NCBI GenBank assembly: GCA_041170505.1
Contig: JBEAYS010000078.1
Coordinates: 1 to 61,238 of the forward strand
DNA: 61,238 nt
Reading direction: 5' to 3'
From: Cyanobacteriota bacterium
GTDB lineage: Bacteria > Cyanobacteriota > Vampirovibrionia > LMEP-6097
Of the stretch, positions 7,686 to 17,760 are shown piece by piece. The notes beneath the pieces were generated by a model. The model was not told the DNA's origin. It made no database searches and saw nothing but the letters and a program-made list of their open reading frames with translations. Position numbers and translations under genes: made by a program. Every line of letters begins with the position of its first letter. Within the stretch, counting starts at the first letter, position 1.

Positions 7686-8894
7686 CGGGAAAACACCCAG
7701 TGGTATAATAGTGATCAGGAGCTTATTTTGAATAAAAAACGAGTAGATAAAAAATTTAACTGGGTAGTTGGCTCATACCTCCTGGTTTCACCCTTTGTGG
7801 CGATTTTTGGCCTTTATTACTGGCTGAGTGCCGGTAAGTTTAACTGGAATACCATGATCTTGCTTTTGGCTTTTATGACAGCCGCGCAAGTTAGTATTAC
7901 TGCTGGTTATCATCGTCTTTTTGCGCACCGTGCTTACCAAGCCAAATGGCCAGTGCGATTGTTTTTCTTGATTTTTGGAGCTTCTGCTTTTGAGGGTTCG
8001 GCTCTGTTGTGGTCCTTGGATCACCGTATCCATCATAATTACGTCGATGATAAGGACAAGGATCCTTACGCTATCACGCGCGGTTTTTTCTGGGCGCATA
8101 TGGGCTGGTTGCTTTATAAGCAAGATGACCAAATCGAGGATGCTAAAAACGCCGGCGATTTAGTGAATGATCCGCTTGTCATGTGGCAATACCAGTGCTG
8201 GATTCCGCTTGGAATTTTTATGGGCTTTGTGCTACCGGGCTTGATTGCTTGGTCTTGGGGCGATATGTTTGGTGGAATATTTATCGCTGGATTTGTGCGC
8301 TCGGTAATCAATCACCATGCGACTTTTCTGATTAATTCTCTTTCTCATTGTGTCGGTCAGCAAACATACTCAGACACTCACAGCGCGCGCGATAACTTGT
8401 TTACAGCGTTTTTGACTTTTGGTGAAGGTTACCATAATTACCACCACGAGTTTGCTTCTGATTATCGTAATGGTCCGCGTTGGTATGATTGGGATCCTTC
8501 TAAGTGGATCATAAAAGCCTTATCCTATGTGGGTTTGACTTATAATCTAAAAACTATTCGCGAAGAAATCATCGTGCGTAAACGTATGCAAATGAAAGAA
8601 AAACGCATGCGCAAAAAACTTGAAATTAGTAATTTTAATTTTTTTGGTTCGCAAGATTTTACTGTCCTTGAACAGCTAAAAGAAAATATGGAAAAAGCGT
8701 TTAAGGATTTATCGCGTCTGCGCGATCAGTATCAAAACCTCACTAAATCTCTAAAAATCCATGAAAAGGGTTTTAATATGCTTGAAGCTAACTTACTGCA
8801 AGACCAAATCAACGAAGCTCAGGCTAAGTTTTTTGATTATGTAAGTCAGTGGAATCTAATGCGCAAGAGAGTTTTAGCTTACGCCGGAGCCTAA
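7680..8894 (+). CDS. Acyl-CoA/acyl-lipid delta-9-type fatty acid desaturase with a C-terminal coiled-coil-like extension
   Basis: Three histidine boxes: HRLFAH, HRIHHNY and HNYHHEF. Four hydrophobic segments. The last ~100 aa are Lys/Glu/Gln-rich. Confidence 0.9.
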   Translation: MSRENTQWYNSDQELILNKKRVDKKFNWVVGSYLLVSPFVAIFGLYYWLSAGKFNWNTMILLLAFMTAAQVSITAGYHRLFAHRAYQAKWPVRLFFLIFGASAFEGSALLWSLDHRIHHNYVDDKDKDPYAITRGFFWAHMGWLLYKQDDQIEDAKNAGDLVNDPLVMWQYQCWIPLGIFMGFVLPGLIAWSWGDMFGGIFIAGFVRSVINHHATFLINSLSHCVGQQTYSDTHSARDNLFTAFLTFGEGYHNYHHEFASDYRNGPRWYDWDPSKWIIKALSYVGLTYNLKTIREEIIVRKRMQMKEKRMRKKLEISNFNFFGSQDFTVLEQLKENMEKAFKDLSRLRDQYQNLTKSLKIHEKGFNMLEANLLQDQINEAQAKFFDYVSQWNLMRKRVLAYAGA

Positions 8895-8967
8895 CTTATA
8901 AGCGAAAACACCTAATTTTACAGAAGTGTATTGACGCCATCATTGATTCCTGCTATTATCTTCAGGC

Positions 8968-10275
8968 GTGTCGAGTGTAAAAAAACCACAATTCAATCTA
9001 ACCAATCTCCAGCTAGCTCTTGCAATCTTCACTAAGAAGTCGCCAGACGACTCTGATGTTATTGAAAGTTTAATAGGAGTTACAAGATATTCACCTCGAG
9101 CTAACGGTAACTTTGAGTCTTCTAGAGAACTTATAAACGCAATTCATCAAGCAAATATCTTCCCAGAAGGCTCTCAATTGCCGGAACAAATCGCAGATGC
9201 TTTTGATTGGGTAATTAGAAGACCTGTTAGAACTTATAGTCCACAAGATTTATTGAAAAAACTAGAATCAAAGTTTGAATCTTTTTATTTGGACTTGATA
9301 CAACATTTGGAAAATAACAAAGATAAATTTCCTTTGATTGGTAATAATCAAGATTCTTATTATTTGCCTCAAAAATTAATAACATATGTTAAATTATGTT
9401 TGGTCTCTCCATCTTTGGATGATATTCGTCATCGCTGTAGTCAGTATGGAATATCCTTTGATCAATTTAACGAATTAGAGAAACATTTTAAAATATTTTC
9501 TGGTGAGGATATTATTGAAAATGAAGCTAGAAAAAACTTATTAAAATTCTATTTAAAATCAACAATTAAAGAACAAATAGATTTTGATTTTAATGTAGAG
9601 TGTTTTGGTCATCTTGTAGATCCTGATAATAATTCTGCTCCATATCTAGATTTAATGAGTGGTAGCCATCCAATTAGACATATCTCTTCTTTTATGTCCC
9701 CAGCTCATGGTAGGCAAATCATTCTGACGGATAAATCTAAAGCAGTAAAGCAACTCTATGAAATCGTAGACGAACTTACTGATGGAGAGTTTTTTAAGCG
9801 AGTGAAATTATTAAATGAGGACATCTTTAATCTCCAAGTTCATTTGAAACCTAATTCTATAGGAACTATTCGTTTATCAAATGTTGTTTCATTTATGCCA
9901 AGGGAACTGATATATGGTGAAATAAATGAATTTGATAATAAGGCCAGTAAATTGGTATCAAACTTGATGGGATTATTAAAACCGGGAGGTAAAATCGTTT
10001 TTTGTTTAAGACACCTCGACAATTCAAATTCTCAAGATATTTCTATTGATAATCTTTTAAATCCCGGCTCAGTTCATCAATTTATCAATTTTAAGCCTAA
10101 TTCTCCAAATCATGTTTTTTTTAAAATACTGTACGATAAAGCTAAACAATTAGGTTATGAGATTAAAGTAGGTCACACTGATTTGGAAGGAAATTTCATA
10201 GAAAACAAATCTGGTTTTAGTGAAGGTTATAATTATAGAGCTACAGAACTCGTTCTCATCAAACCTAGAGCCTAA
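8968..10275 (+). CDS. Hypothetical protein, possible class I SAM-methyltransferase fold in the C-terminal half (GTG start)
   Basis: Weak motif resemblance only: YLDLMSGSH (motif I-like), IILTD (motif II-like), LLKPGGKIVFCL. Confidence 0.4.
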   Translation: MSSVKKPQFNLTNLQLALAIFTKKSPDDSDVIESLIGVTRYSPRANGNFESSRELINAIHQANIFPEGSQLPEQIADAFDWVIRRPVRTYSPQDLLKKLESKFESFYLDLIQHLENNKDKFPLIGNNQDSYYLPQKLITYVKLCLVSPSLDDIRHRCSQYGISFDQFNELEKHFKIFSGEDIIENEARKNLLKFYLKSTIKEQIDFDFNVECFGHLVDPDNNSAPYLDLMSGSHPIRHISSFMSPAHGRQIILTDKSKAVKQLYEIVDELTDGEFFKRVKLLNEDIFNLQVHLKPNSIGTIRLSNVVSFMPRELIYGEINEFDNKASKLVSNLMGLLKPGGKIVFCLRHLDNSNSQDISIDNLLNPGSVHQFINFKPNSPNHVFFKILYDKAKQLGYEIKVGHTDLEGNFIENKSGFSEGYNYRATELVLIKPRA

Positions 10276-10988
10276 CCCTTCTTGAGGTTATCCCAAGTTT
10301 TATTATTGCGCTTGTAGAGCTTTTGGTTTTTGTCGTAACCATCAAAAAAGAAATGAAATAAGGTGTGCTCGATTTCGGAATCGTCTTCTTCGATTTCCAA
10401 ATACTCTTCAGCAACATAACTAATAGCGTTAGCTTTATCGACTAGCACATAGTACCAAGGCTTGTCCTTAGCGGGTTTGTCGGGGCACTTCTGGTAAAGA
10501 TCATCATCGTTAATAAAGTACATATCGTAATCTACGACTATGCCTCTAAAATTATTTAGCTTATGTTTTATCACTTGTCCGCGGCGAAATTTAGCTCTAT
10601 CGAATTCTGATAAATTTTCAGCTAGAAAAAACCGCGGGATCTCCGCTAAAAACCGCTCGCCATCCTCGTCTTCCATTTCGTAACTACCTTCCATAGTCCC
10701 AAAATTGGTCTCCAGATTACAAAAGCTGAAATATTCATGGCTTTCGCCAGGGTAAAGTATGGGCTGTTGTCCGACCACGCCGGGCCCTTGTACTTCTTCT
10801 TTTTTGGAATTAGAGTCTATGATGATCCAATGCCTGTTTAGGAGCTGTACACGCTTAGTCCCTTGGTTTTGGATTGTGATCTTGTAGCAATAAAGAAATT
10901 TATGCTCAGCAGGTTTGGAATATTCATCCAAAAAAATAGTCTTAGCAGTAACTTTTACTTTGTTTTGAGAAGATATTTTTGTGGCCAT
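10272..10988 (-). CDS. ApaG domain protein fused to a YccV/HspQ-like hemimethylated-DNA-binding domain
   Basis: N-terminal half resembles ApaG: YCYKITIQNQGTKRVQLLNRHWIIIDSN...VQGPGVVGQQPILYPGESHEY...GTMEGSYEM. C-terminal half has FRRGQVIKHKLNNFRGIVVDYD, HspQ-like. Confidence 0.75.
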   Translation of the reverse strand: MATKISSQNKVKVTAKTIFLDEYSKPAEHKFLYCYKITIQNQGTKRVQLLNRHWIIIDSNSKKEEVQGPGVVGQQPILYPGESHEYFSFCNLETNFGTMEGSYEMEDEDGERFLAEIPRFFLAENLSEFDRAKFRRGQVIKHKLNNFRGIVVDYDMYFINDDDLYQKCPDKPAKDKPWYYVLVDKANAISYVAEEYLEIEEDDSEIEHTLFHFFFDGYDKNQKLYKRNNKTWDNLKKG

Positions 10989-11028
10989 AAGCTTTACCTA
11001 CCATTTTAACATTAAACTTGGTTTAAAA

Positions 11029-12327
11029 TTATCTAGCTCCATACTTAAGCTTTCCTGAAATATAGACTTCTTTTACCCGAGTGATTTTGGTGTCCATTAC
11101 CAGCTCAAAAGGGTCCGCCAAATCAAGGTTTATGCTCGAATCTAATACCTCGAGTACTACCCAATCGGCGTTTTTGCCCGGCTCAAGAGTGCCGATTAAA
11201 TTTTGTTTATCCAGGACTTGGGCTGATCTGGAGGTGATCAGCTCGAATCTGGCGCGCGCGGAGAGCTCAGTGAGCTGGTTTGCTTCTTCACGAAGATCTA
11301 GAGAGTAATTAGAAGCCTTGCTATCAGTACCAACTCCGAAAAGTAAATTATTTTTTTGCCAAAGTTCGGTTCGCGCTTTTTGGTTTTTTAGATAAGCATT
11401 ACTGCGCGGACAAGTCACCAAGCGGGTTTTGGAGCGAGTGAGTAAATCTAGATCGTCATTGTCGATATAGCAAGCGTGCGCCAGCAAAAGATTTTCGGCA
11501 AGAAGTTTATTAGTGGCCAAAAAATCAGTAGCGCTTCTATAAGGTTTCCAGTTTTTGATCTTAGGTTCAAGCGTATTGATGCTCGCCCAAAACTCTCTAG
11601 CTAAGTGGCTTTCAGCGGAGTCCTTGTCGCGGAACCAAGCTTCTTCGTCAGCGCTTTCGCTAAGATGACTGAGAATTATTTTTTTGTATTGTTTAGCATA
11701 ATCGACACACAAGCTCCAAAGCTCACTTGAGACATCATAAGTGGCGTGCGGCGCGAGAGTAAATTCCACAAGCTCGCTTCTAGATTGAGTTTCAAGAGCA
11801 CGAAGTTTTTTGAGAGTCTCACCAAAAATCTCTTGAGCCTTATCAGGGTCAGATCCAAAAACCTCAAGCCCAATAATTCCTTGCAAGCCTGTCTCCAAAA
11901 AAGCTGATAGAGCCAGTTCTGGGTGGCTGGTGTTATCCACCACAAATGTCGTTCCCAGCGCCAAAGACTCCCGGCAACCCGCCAGATAGCTCTCGCTAAG
12001 CTTAAATTCGTTAATATTCGAGGTTTTTTCATCCTCTATTTGGGGGATTTTGTAAATTTTTTCTACTAGATCTTTTAGCCAATAAAAGAGTTTTTTTTCT
12101 TCAACTTTTAGATTAGTATATGCAAGATGTGTGTGTAAATTAATAAGGCCAGGTATAAGTATTTTTGGGAGCGCCTGGGGCTTATCTGAAGCTGGAGACT
12201 CGCTAAAATCTTCGATTTTTCCGCTTGAATTGACCCTTGGAACCCGGTTTTTTAAGATTTCCTGAGGGTTTTTAATTAGCAGTTCGTGGGTATAAAGTTT
12301 ATAGCTCATAAGAAGTAGATTAAACAA
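11029..12327 (-). CDS. Amidohydrolase superfamily protein (nucleoside/MTA-SAH deaminase-like)
   Basis: Metal-binding LIPGLINLHTHLAYT, SHLSES, GVGTDS, and C-terminal GTLEPGKNADWVVL, typical of the amidohydrolase_1 family. Confidence 0.85.
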   Translation of the reverse strand: MFNLLLMSYKLYTHELLIKNPQEILKNRVPRVNSSGKIEDFSESPASDKPQALPKILIPGLINLHTHLAYTNLKVEEKKLFYWLKDLVEKIYKIPQIEDEKTSNINEFKLSESYLAGCRESLALGTTFVVDNTSHPELALSAFLETGLQGIIGLEVFGSDPDKAQEIFGETLKKLRALETQSRSELVEFTLAPHATYDVSSELWSLCVDYAKQYKKIILSHLSESADEEAWFRDKDSAESHLAREFWASINTLEPKIKNWKPYRSATDFLATNKLLAENLLLAHACYIDNDDLDLLTRSKTRLVTCPRSNAYLKNQKARTELWQKNNLLFGVGTDSKASNYSLDLREEANQLTELSARARFELITSRSAQVLDKQNLIGTLEPGKNADWVVLEVLDSSINLDLADPFELVMDTKITRVKEVYISGKLKYGAR

Positions 12328-12341
12328 AGGATATCAGCTTA

Positions 12342-12659
12342 ATGTTAAAACTAGAAATAAGAAAAAATGATGGGCAAATTTTAGAGTTAGAAGTAGGCGG
12401 TCAATTACTTTATAGCGACGCTGAACACTTTAAAGAAACGGTTCTTGCCTGCCTAAAAGAACAATCCAAGGTCAAGGTGGACTGTTCTGATTTAAGTTTT
12501 TTAGATAGTGCTGGAATGGGTTCATTTGTCAGACTCTGGAAAGAATGTAAGATGATCGGCGCGGAATTAGAGCTTTATAATGTAATTGATGATGTTCAAA
12601 GTTTACTTAGAATCGCTCGATTACACCAGTTAACTAGAATCATATCTAAAACTAGCTAA
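12342..12659 (+). CDS. STAS-domain anti-sigma-factor antagonist (RsbV/SpoIIAA-like)
   Basis: 105-aa ORF with the phosphorylatable-serine motif FLDSAGMGSFV. Confidence 0.85.
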   Translation: MLKLEIRKNDGQILELEVGGQLLYSDAEHFKETVLACLKEQSKVKVDCSDLSFLDSAGMGSFVRLWKECKMIGAELELYNVIDDVQSLLRIARLHQLTRIISKTS

Positions 12660-12661
12660 AG

Positions 12662-15097
12662 ATGTCCAGTAAAAAACAAGCTGAAGATCTTGATTTTGAC
12701 AAGCTATCTCAACTTGAAGATAGAATTATTGAGCTTGAACAAAAACTCAATTCAGAGCGCAAGCTTAACGAAGAAAAAACAGCGATGATGCGTAAGACCA
12801 TCGCAGAGACCGAAGATTTAGCTAAGCATCTCCAAAACACGACTCTAGCTCTCATCCAAGAGCGACAAATCGCAAATGCGCGTGCCGAAAAAGAAAAGCT
12901 CGTAAATAAGTGGATAGAAAAAATCAATTCATCTTTTGATTTAAACTCACTTCTAAAGCACGCTACAAGCGAGCTTGGCAGGTTTTTTAAATCTGATCGT
13001 TGCGGGATTGTGCTGATAGAAGGCGGTCACTTACTAACGCATTATGAAACTTCTACTAAGGATTTTAATCGCGAAGATATGATCCAAAATCTTGATGTCG
13101 ATGAATTTAGGTCTAATAAGCATTTTAGAAAAATCTTTAAAACCAAGTCTAGGATTGTGCTTGATGAGATAAGCGAAGAAGGGATCTTGCTTGATGGAGT
13201 AAAAACTTTTGTCGGTTTTTTTATCTCAATAAAAAAAGAAGCTTTTGATGGTTTTGATAGATACCACGATACAGAGCTAGAAATCTCAGCTAATGAAATA
13301 GTCGGAGCTTTTTATTTTCAACAATGCTCTAATAAAAAATCCTGGCAGGATAAAGACCTAGATTTGATTCAGTCGATTATAACCCCGCTCTCAACAGCGA
13401 TAGAAAAAACTTTACTTTACCGCGATGCCCGCAAACGTACTGAATACGCTGAATTGCTCAATAGTCTCACCACGCAAATTAGATCAAGCTTGAATCTCAG
13501 TGAAATTCTAGCGCGAACAGTAAACGAACTAGGCTTGGCGATAAAAGCTTCTAGATGTTTTTTGTATTTTGATGGTTATATTAGTGATGAGTACTGCGAA
13601 GCAGGCGTGCATAGTATCGCTGATACCACTAGATTTTTGATCTTAGATAAATTTAGAGAGGATCAATCTTTTCAGGTTATATCTGTCGATAATTTATTAA
13701 GCGAAGAGAATTTTTCTCGCTTAACTGCTGAAGAGCAAGAGGAGTTACTAGCCTCAAAAGCAGTCTCAGCGCTGGCTTGCCCCTTACATTTCCAAGGAAT
13801 AATGCAGGGCTGGATAGTGTTTCATAGCTATCGGCGCCGGCAGTGGACTCGGGACGAAAAAAACTTTATTGAAGCGGCAGGCTCGCAGGTGATCGTGGCG
13901 ATGACTCAGTCACGCATGTACGAGAAGCTAAATTCTTATCAAGAAAAATTATCTCGCGAGCTTAAGCAAGCCGCTCGGGTACAGACTTCGCTGATAGGTG
14001 GTGATGTTTTTGATGTAAATATCGAGACCTCTGTTTTTTATAAGGCGCATAGTAATGTTTCGGGAGATTTTTATTGGGTCGCGGAGCTTGCTCCAGACAA
14101 GATCGGTGTCTTGATCGGTGATGTCTCTGGTAAGGGTCCAGCGGCGGCTTTGTTGACGGGATATCTGCTCGGTGAGTTTAATTCTGCTATCGCTAATTCG
14201 GCGCTGGCGTGGTTCCCGGATAAGATGATAAGTTTTTTGTGTCAGTCGATACTTTACCAAAACTCATCTTCTGATTTTTATGCTACAGCTTGGTACGGAG
14301 TAATGGATCTGTATGAAGGTAAGCTCAGATATACAAACGCCGGTCACCTAAACCCTTATATCATCCAAAACGAAACTGTCTACAAGCTTGACGGTGACAA
14401 GGATAGCGGCGTGCCCCTGGGTCTAATAAATCCTAAGGAGATCGAAGAAGCGTATGAAGCGCGTGAGATTGATTTTAGGCGCGGCGATAAAATGGTCTTG
14501 TTTACTGATGGTGTGCTTGATCAAAAAATGCCTGATGGAAGTTTCGTGCCTAAGGATTGGATTTATAAAATTCTTCAAAACGTAAAAGACAGAGATGTAA
14601 AAGATATAACTTACGAGCTAAACGAGAAGCTAAACGCGCTCAGCGGCACTTCTCCGCTCACAGACGACAGGCTGATGATTAGCCTGGAGCAGGTCTATTT
14701 TGATATTTATGATTTTGCGGCTGATGATCCTAAGGCGACTTCTGAACTGCTTGATAAGATAGTCAGAGATTGCCTTGAGCAAGATATGCCAGCTAATAAG
14801 CAACTTAACCTACGCCTCGGAATTACAGAAGCTCTAACTAATGCCGTTCGCTACGGACTCAAGCGAAACCCTTATGGCAAGATCAGGATAGGGTATTGCG
14901 TAAAAAAAGGCGCATTTAAGATGACTATAATTGACCCGGGTCCAGGGTTTAATTGGCAGGTTTATAACTATACTTTTATTGATGAAGTGCGATTTGATAA
15001 TGAAGGTGGCAGAGGGATTCCGCTCTTGCTAGAAATTTTTGATAAGGTTACCTGGAATTTTATGGGTAATCATCTAGGTCTTTTTTATTATTGGTAA
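12662..15097 (+). CDS. Multidomain partner-switching protein: coiled coil, GAF-like regions, PP2C/SpoIIE phosphatase and C-terminal RsbW-like HATPase kinase domain
   Basis: PP2C/SpoIIE motifs VSGDFYW, GDVSGKGPAAALL, YTNAGHLNPY and LFTDGV. C-terminal N-box-like EALTNAVRYG and G1-like IIDPGPGF. It follows the STAS gene by 3 nt. Confidence 0.85.
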   Translation: MSSKKQAEDLDFDKLSQLEDRIIELEQKLNSERKLNEEKTAMMRKTIAETEDLAKHLQNTTLALIQERQIANARAEKEKLVNKWIEKINSSFDLNSLLKHATSELGRFFKSDRCGIVLIEGGHLLTHYETSTKDFNREDMIQNLDVDEFRSNKHFRKIFKTKSRIVLDEISEEGILLDGVKTFVGFFISIKKEAFDGFDRYHDTELEISANEIVGAFYFQQCSNKKSWQDKDLDLIQSIITPLSTAIEKTLLYRDARKRTEYAELLNSLTTQIRSSLNLSEILARTVNELGLAIKASRCFLYFDGYISDEYCEAGVHSIADTTRFLILDKFREDQSFQVISVDNLLSEENFSRLTAEEQEELLASKAVSALACPLHFQGIMQGWIVFHSYRRRQWTRDEKNFIEAAGSQVIVAMTQSRMYEKLNSYQEKLSRELKQAARVQTSLIGGDVFDVNIETSVFYKAHSNVSGDFYWVAELAPDKIGVLIGDVSGKGPAAALLTGYLLGEFNSAIANSALAWFPDKMISFLCQSILYQNSSSDFYATAWYGVMDLYEGKLRYTNAGHLNPYIIQNETVYKLDGDKDSGVPLGLINPKEIEEAYEAREIDFRRGDKMVLFTDGVLDQKMPDGSFVPKDWIYKILQNVKDRDVKDITYELNEKLNALSGTSPLTDDRLMISLEQVYFDIYDFAADDPKATSELLDKIVRDCLEQDMPANKQLNLRLGITEALTNAVRYGLKRNPYGKIRIGYCVKKGAFKMTIIDPGPGFNWQVYNYTFIDEVRFDNEGGRGIPLLLEIFDKVTWNFMGNHLGLFYYW

Positions 15098-15118
15098 ACA
15101 GCGTTTATAATATAGATT

Positions 15119-16654
15119 GTGAGCGTTTTTGATTATAATCAATTTAGTTTGATCGGCTATGGAAAAAGTACTATTGCCGCTATTGATTTTTTGAGAGCTA
15201 ATTTTCCGTCGGCGCGAATCAGAGTCTCTGAGCTAAAAAGCGAGCAGAGCTTCTCCGCTGAGATTTTGAGTGGTTTTAAGCTGGCTGGCGTGGAGTTTGA
15301 GTTTGGGGCTCAAAGCCCTGAATTCATTGGGTTCCAGGGTGAGTGCTCTAAATTATTTATTATGATTAGTCCGGGCATACCGCCTCAATCTAGCATCATA
15401 AAAGAGATTGATAAGCTCTGCCAAAACCCTGATATAGACTGCGGTACAGACTTAGATATTTTTTCTTGGTTTGTGGGACATTCATATATCGGCATTACTG
15501 GCACTAATGGTAAGACGACTACGACAAGTTTTATCGCGCATGCCTTAGGTAATCAAGCTGTGGGTAATATCGGTAAGCCATTTCTTGAGTTTACAAGTGC
15601 TGGAAAAGGTCATGGAGATTACTTTTCAGCGGAGATAAGCTCGTTTCAGCTTTTTTATAGTAATTTTGTTACTCAGCCGGAATACAGACCGCAAGTCTCT
15701 GTGCACCTGAATCTTACTGATGATCATCTCGATTGGCATAAAGATCTTAGTGAGTATAAAAACTCAAAAGAAAAACTTTTTAGGATTCCTGAGCTTGCTG
15801 AAAAACAAGAATTTACTTGGGTGCTAAATTACGACGATGAGGTCTGTAACGCTCTTGGCAAGCGGGCTTGCGACCAGCTAAAAACTACAGGTGCTCGCAA
15901 CCTAGATATAGCATACTTCTCTACTAAGCGCGCGCTCACCGATCTTAACCCTTATAACCGCTCGAGTGCTTTTTTGGAAGATGGAACTCTTTATCTAGCT
16001 AAGTTTCTAGAACCCGGTGTGGATGATGAATACGGCGGTATTGTCGAGTCTAACTCTGAAGGGCATTACTATGTAAAAGTGCCTGTTATAAAAATCAGTG
16101 AATTAAATCTAGTCGGCGAGCACAATTACTCTAATTTACTGGCGGGGATTTTGGCGGTGCTGGCTGTAGGCGTGCCACTGGAGACTGTTATCTCTGCACT
16201 AAAATCTTTTAGGGCTGTTAAGCATAGATTAGAATTTATTGGTGAGCTGAAGGGCCATAAGTTTTTTAATGATAGTAAAGCGACTAATCCTGATTCAGCC
16301 AATAAAGCTCTTGAGGCTTTTGAAAAATCTATAGTTATTTGCGGCGGCAAAAACAAAAACCTGGATTTATCTGGATTTATTGATAAGCTTTCGCAAAAGG
16401 CTTTTGCTGTTGTGCTGATTGGGGAATTGGCTCCTGCGCTGGCTAGCGGGCTTGAGAAAAAAGGGTTTAGTAAATATGCTTTTGCGCAGGATATGGATAG
16501 CGCTGTAATAAAAGCGTTAGATTTTGGGAATAATAGTAGTTTACCTATAGTTTTGGCTCCAGCGAGTTCGAGTTTTGATATGTACAAAAACTATGAAGAG
16601 CGCGGTGATAAATTTAGAGAGTCTTTTTCAAAGCTTATAGTATCCTGTAAATAG
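15119..16654 (+). CDS. murD: UDP-N-acetylmuramoylalanine--D-glutamate ligase (GTG start)
   Basis: P-loop GITGTNGKTTTTS, Mur ligase middle and C-terminal domains (NDSKATNP). Followed by ftsW with a 1-nt overlap. Confidence 0.93.
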   Translation: MSVFDYNQFSLIGYGKSTIAAIDFLRANFPSARIRVSELKSEQSFSAEILSGFKLAGVEFEFGAQSPEFIGFQGECSKLFIMISPGIPPQSSIIKEIDKLCQNPDIDCGTDLDIFSWFVGHSYIGITGTNGKTTTTSFIAHALGNQAVGNIGKPFLEFTSAGKGHGDYFSAEISSFQLFYSNFVTQPEYRPQVSVHLNLTDDHLDWHKDLSEYKNSKEKLFRIPELAEKQEFTWVLNYDDEVCNALGKRACDQLKTTGARNLDIAYFSTKRALTDLNPYNRSSAFLEDGTLYLAKFLEPGVDDEYGGIVESNSEGHYYVKVPVIKISELNLVGEHNYSNLLAGILAVLAVGVPLETVISALKSFRAVKHRLEFIGELKGHKFFNDSKATNPDSANKALEAFEKSIVICGGKNKNLDLSGFIDKLSQKAFAVVLIGELAPALASGLEKKGFSKYAFAQDMDSAVIKALDFGNNSSLPIVLAPASSSFDMYKNYEERGDKFRESFSKLIVSCK

Positions 16655-17760
16655 TGGACGCTTTAAAACTATTTAAAAAAAATCGTGAAGGAATGGTGGA
16701 GACTATTCCGGGAATCGATCCGTTTTTTTTGCAATTAACGGTGGTCTTGATAGTCTTGGGCTGTGCGTTTATAACAAGTGCGTCTTGGCATGAATCGGTG
16801 CGCTATTACGGGCATCCATGGATTTTTATTATTAAGCATTTTATTGCTGTGGTCTTCGGGGTGAGTATTGCGACGGTCTTGAGCTTCTTGCATTATCGCT
16901 GGTGGAAGACTTGCGCTTGGCAGTGCGTGATGGGGACCTTGGTGCTATTGCTCTTGACGATTAAGTTTGGGGTGGTTTCGGGAGGTTCTAGAAGATGGCT
17001 AGCTTTAGGGTTCTTGAATTTACAATCATCTGAGTTCGCTAAAATATTTTCTGCTCTTATCGTAGCTAAGGCTATTGTCGAGCGCAAAGGATTTGTGATG
17101 GCGTTCTGCGCGACTCTGGTGATGGCTTTAATCGTGCTTAAACAGCCGGATCTAGGGACTAGTATCTTGGTGATGTCTGGTGCGCTGGCGGCTGTGTTTG
17201 CTTCGGGGTTTAATCTCGTGCTGATGATGTTGGGGATTTGTGGATGTCTGGCTCTTGGAGTCTGGCAGGTGATGAATACTCCTTACCAAATGGATCGTAT
17301 CAAGTATTGGCTCAATCCTCACGCTGATCCTTTAGGTAATGGATACAATCTAATCCAGTCTATAAAAGCGATTGGGATGGGCGGGCTCTGGGGTGCTGGC
17401 TTGGGCGCGTCTGTGCAAAAGCTAGGACCTTTACCTATTGCTTATGCCGATTTTATTTTTGCGATAGTCTGTGAAGAAATTGGCTTTATCGGTGCTGTTG
17501 CGGTATTGATGATATTTTTGATGTGGATACTTAGAGCTTTTTACTTGGTGATGAGTAATGAAGATGAGTTTGCTAGGATTTTTGGGTTTTCTTTGGTGAT
17601 GGTGTTTGCGATGCAAGTGCTCATCAATATTGGGGTTGCGACTGGATTGTTTCCGATTACAGGTATGACTCTGCCATTTGTGAGTTTTGGTGGAAGTAGT
17701 TTTTTGAGTACTTCTGTAGTAGTCGGAATTCTAATGAATATTTCTAGATTTGCTAAATAA
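16654..17760 (+). CDS. ftsW: FtsW/RodA/SpoVE (SEDS) family peptidoglycan glycosyltransferase
   Basis: Polytopic membrane ORF with QPDLGT, YADFIFAIVCEEIGFIG and PITGMTLPFVSFGGSS, typical of SEDS proteins. Assigned as ftsW from the murD-adjacent position. Confidence 0.88.
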   Translation: MDALKLFKKNREGMVETIPGIDPFFLQLTVVLIVLGCAFITSASWHESVRYYGHPWIFIIKHFIAVVFGVSIATVLSFLHYRWWKTCAWQCVMGTLVLLLLTIKFGVVSGGSRRWLALGFLNLQSSEFAKIFSALIVAKAIVERKGFVMAFCATLVMALIVLKQPDLGTSILVMSGALAAVFASGFNLVLMMLGICGCLALGVWQVMNTPYQMDRIKYWLNPHADPLGNGYNLIQSIKAIGMGGLWGAGLGASVQKLGPLPIAYADFIFAIVCEEIGFIGAVAVLMIFLMWILRAFYLVMSNEDEFARIFGFSLVMVFAMQVLINIGVATGLFPITGMTLPFVSFGGSSFLSTSVVVGILMNISRFAK

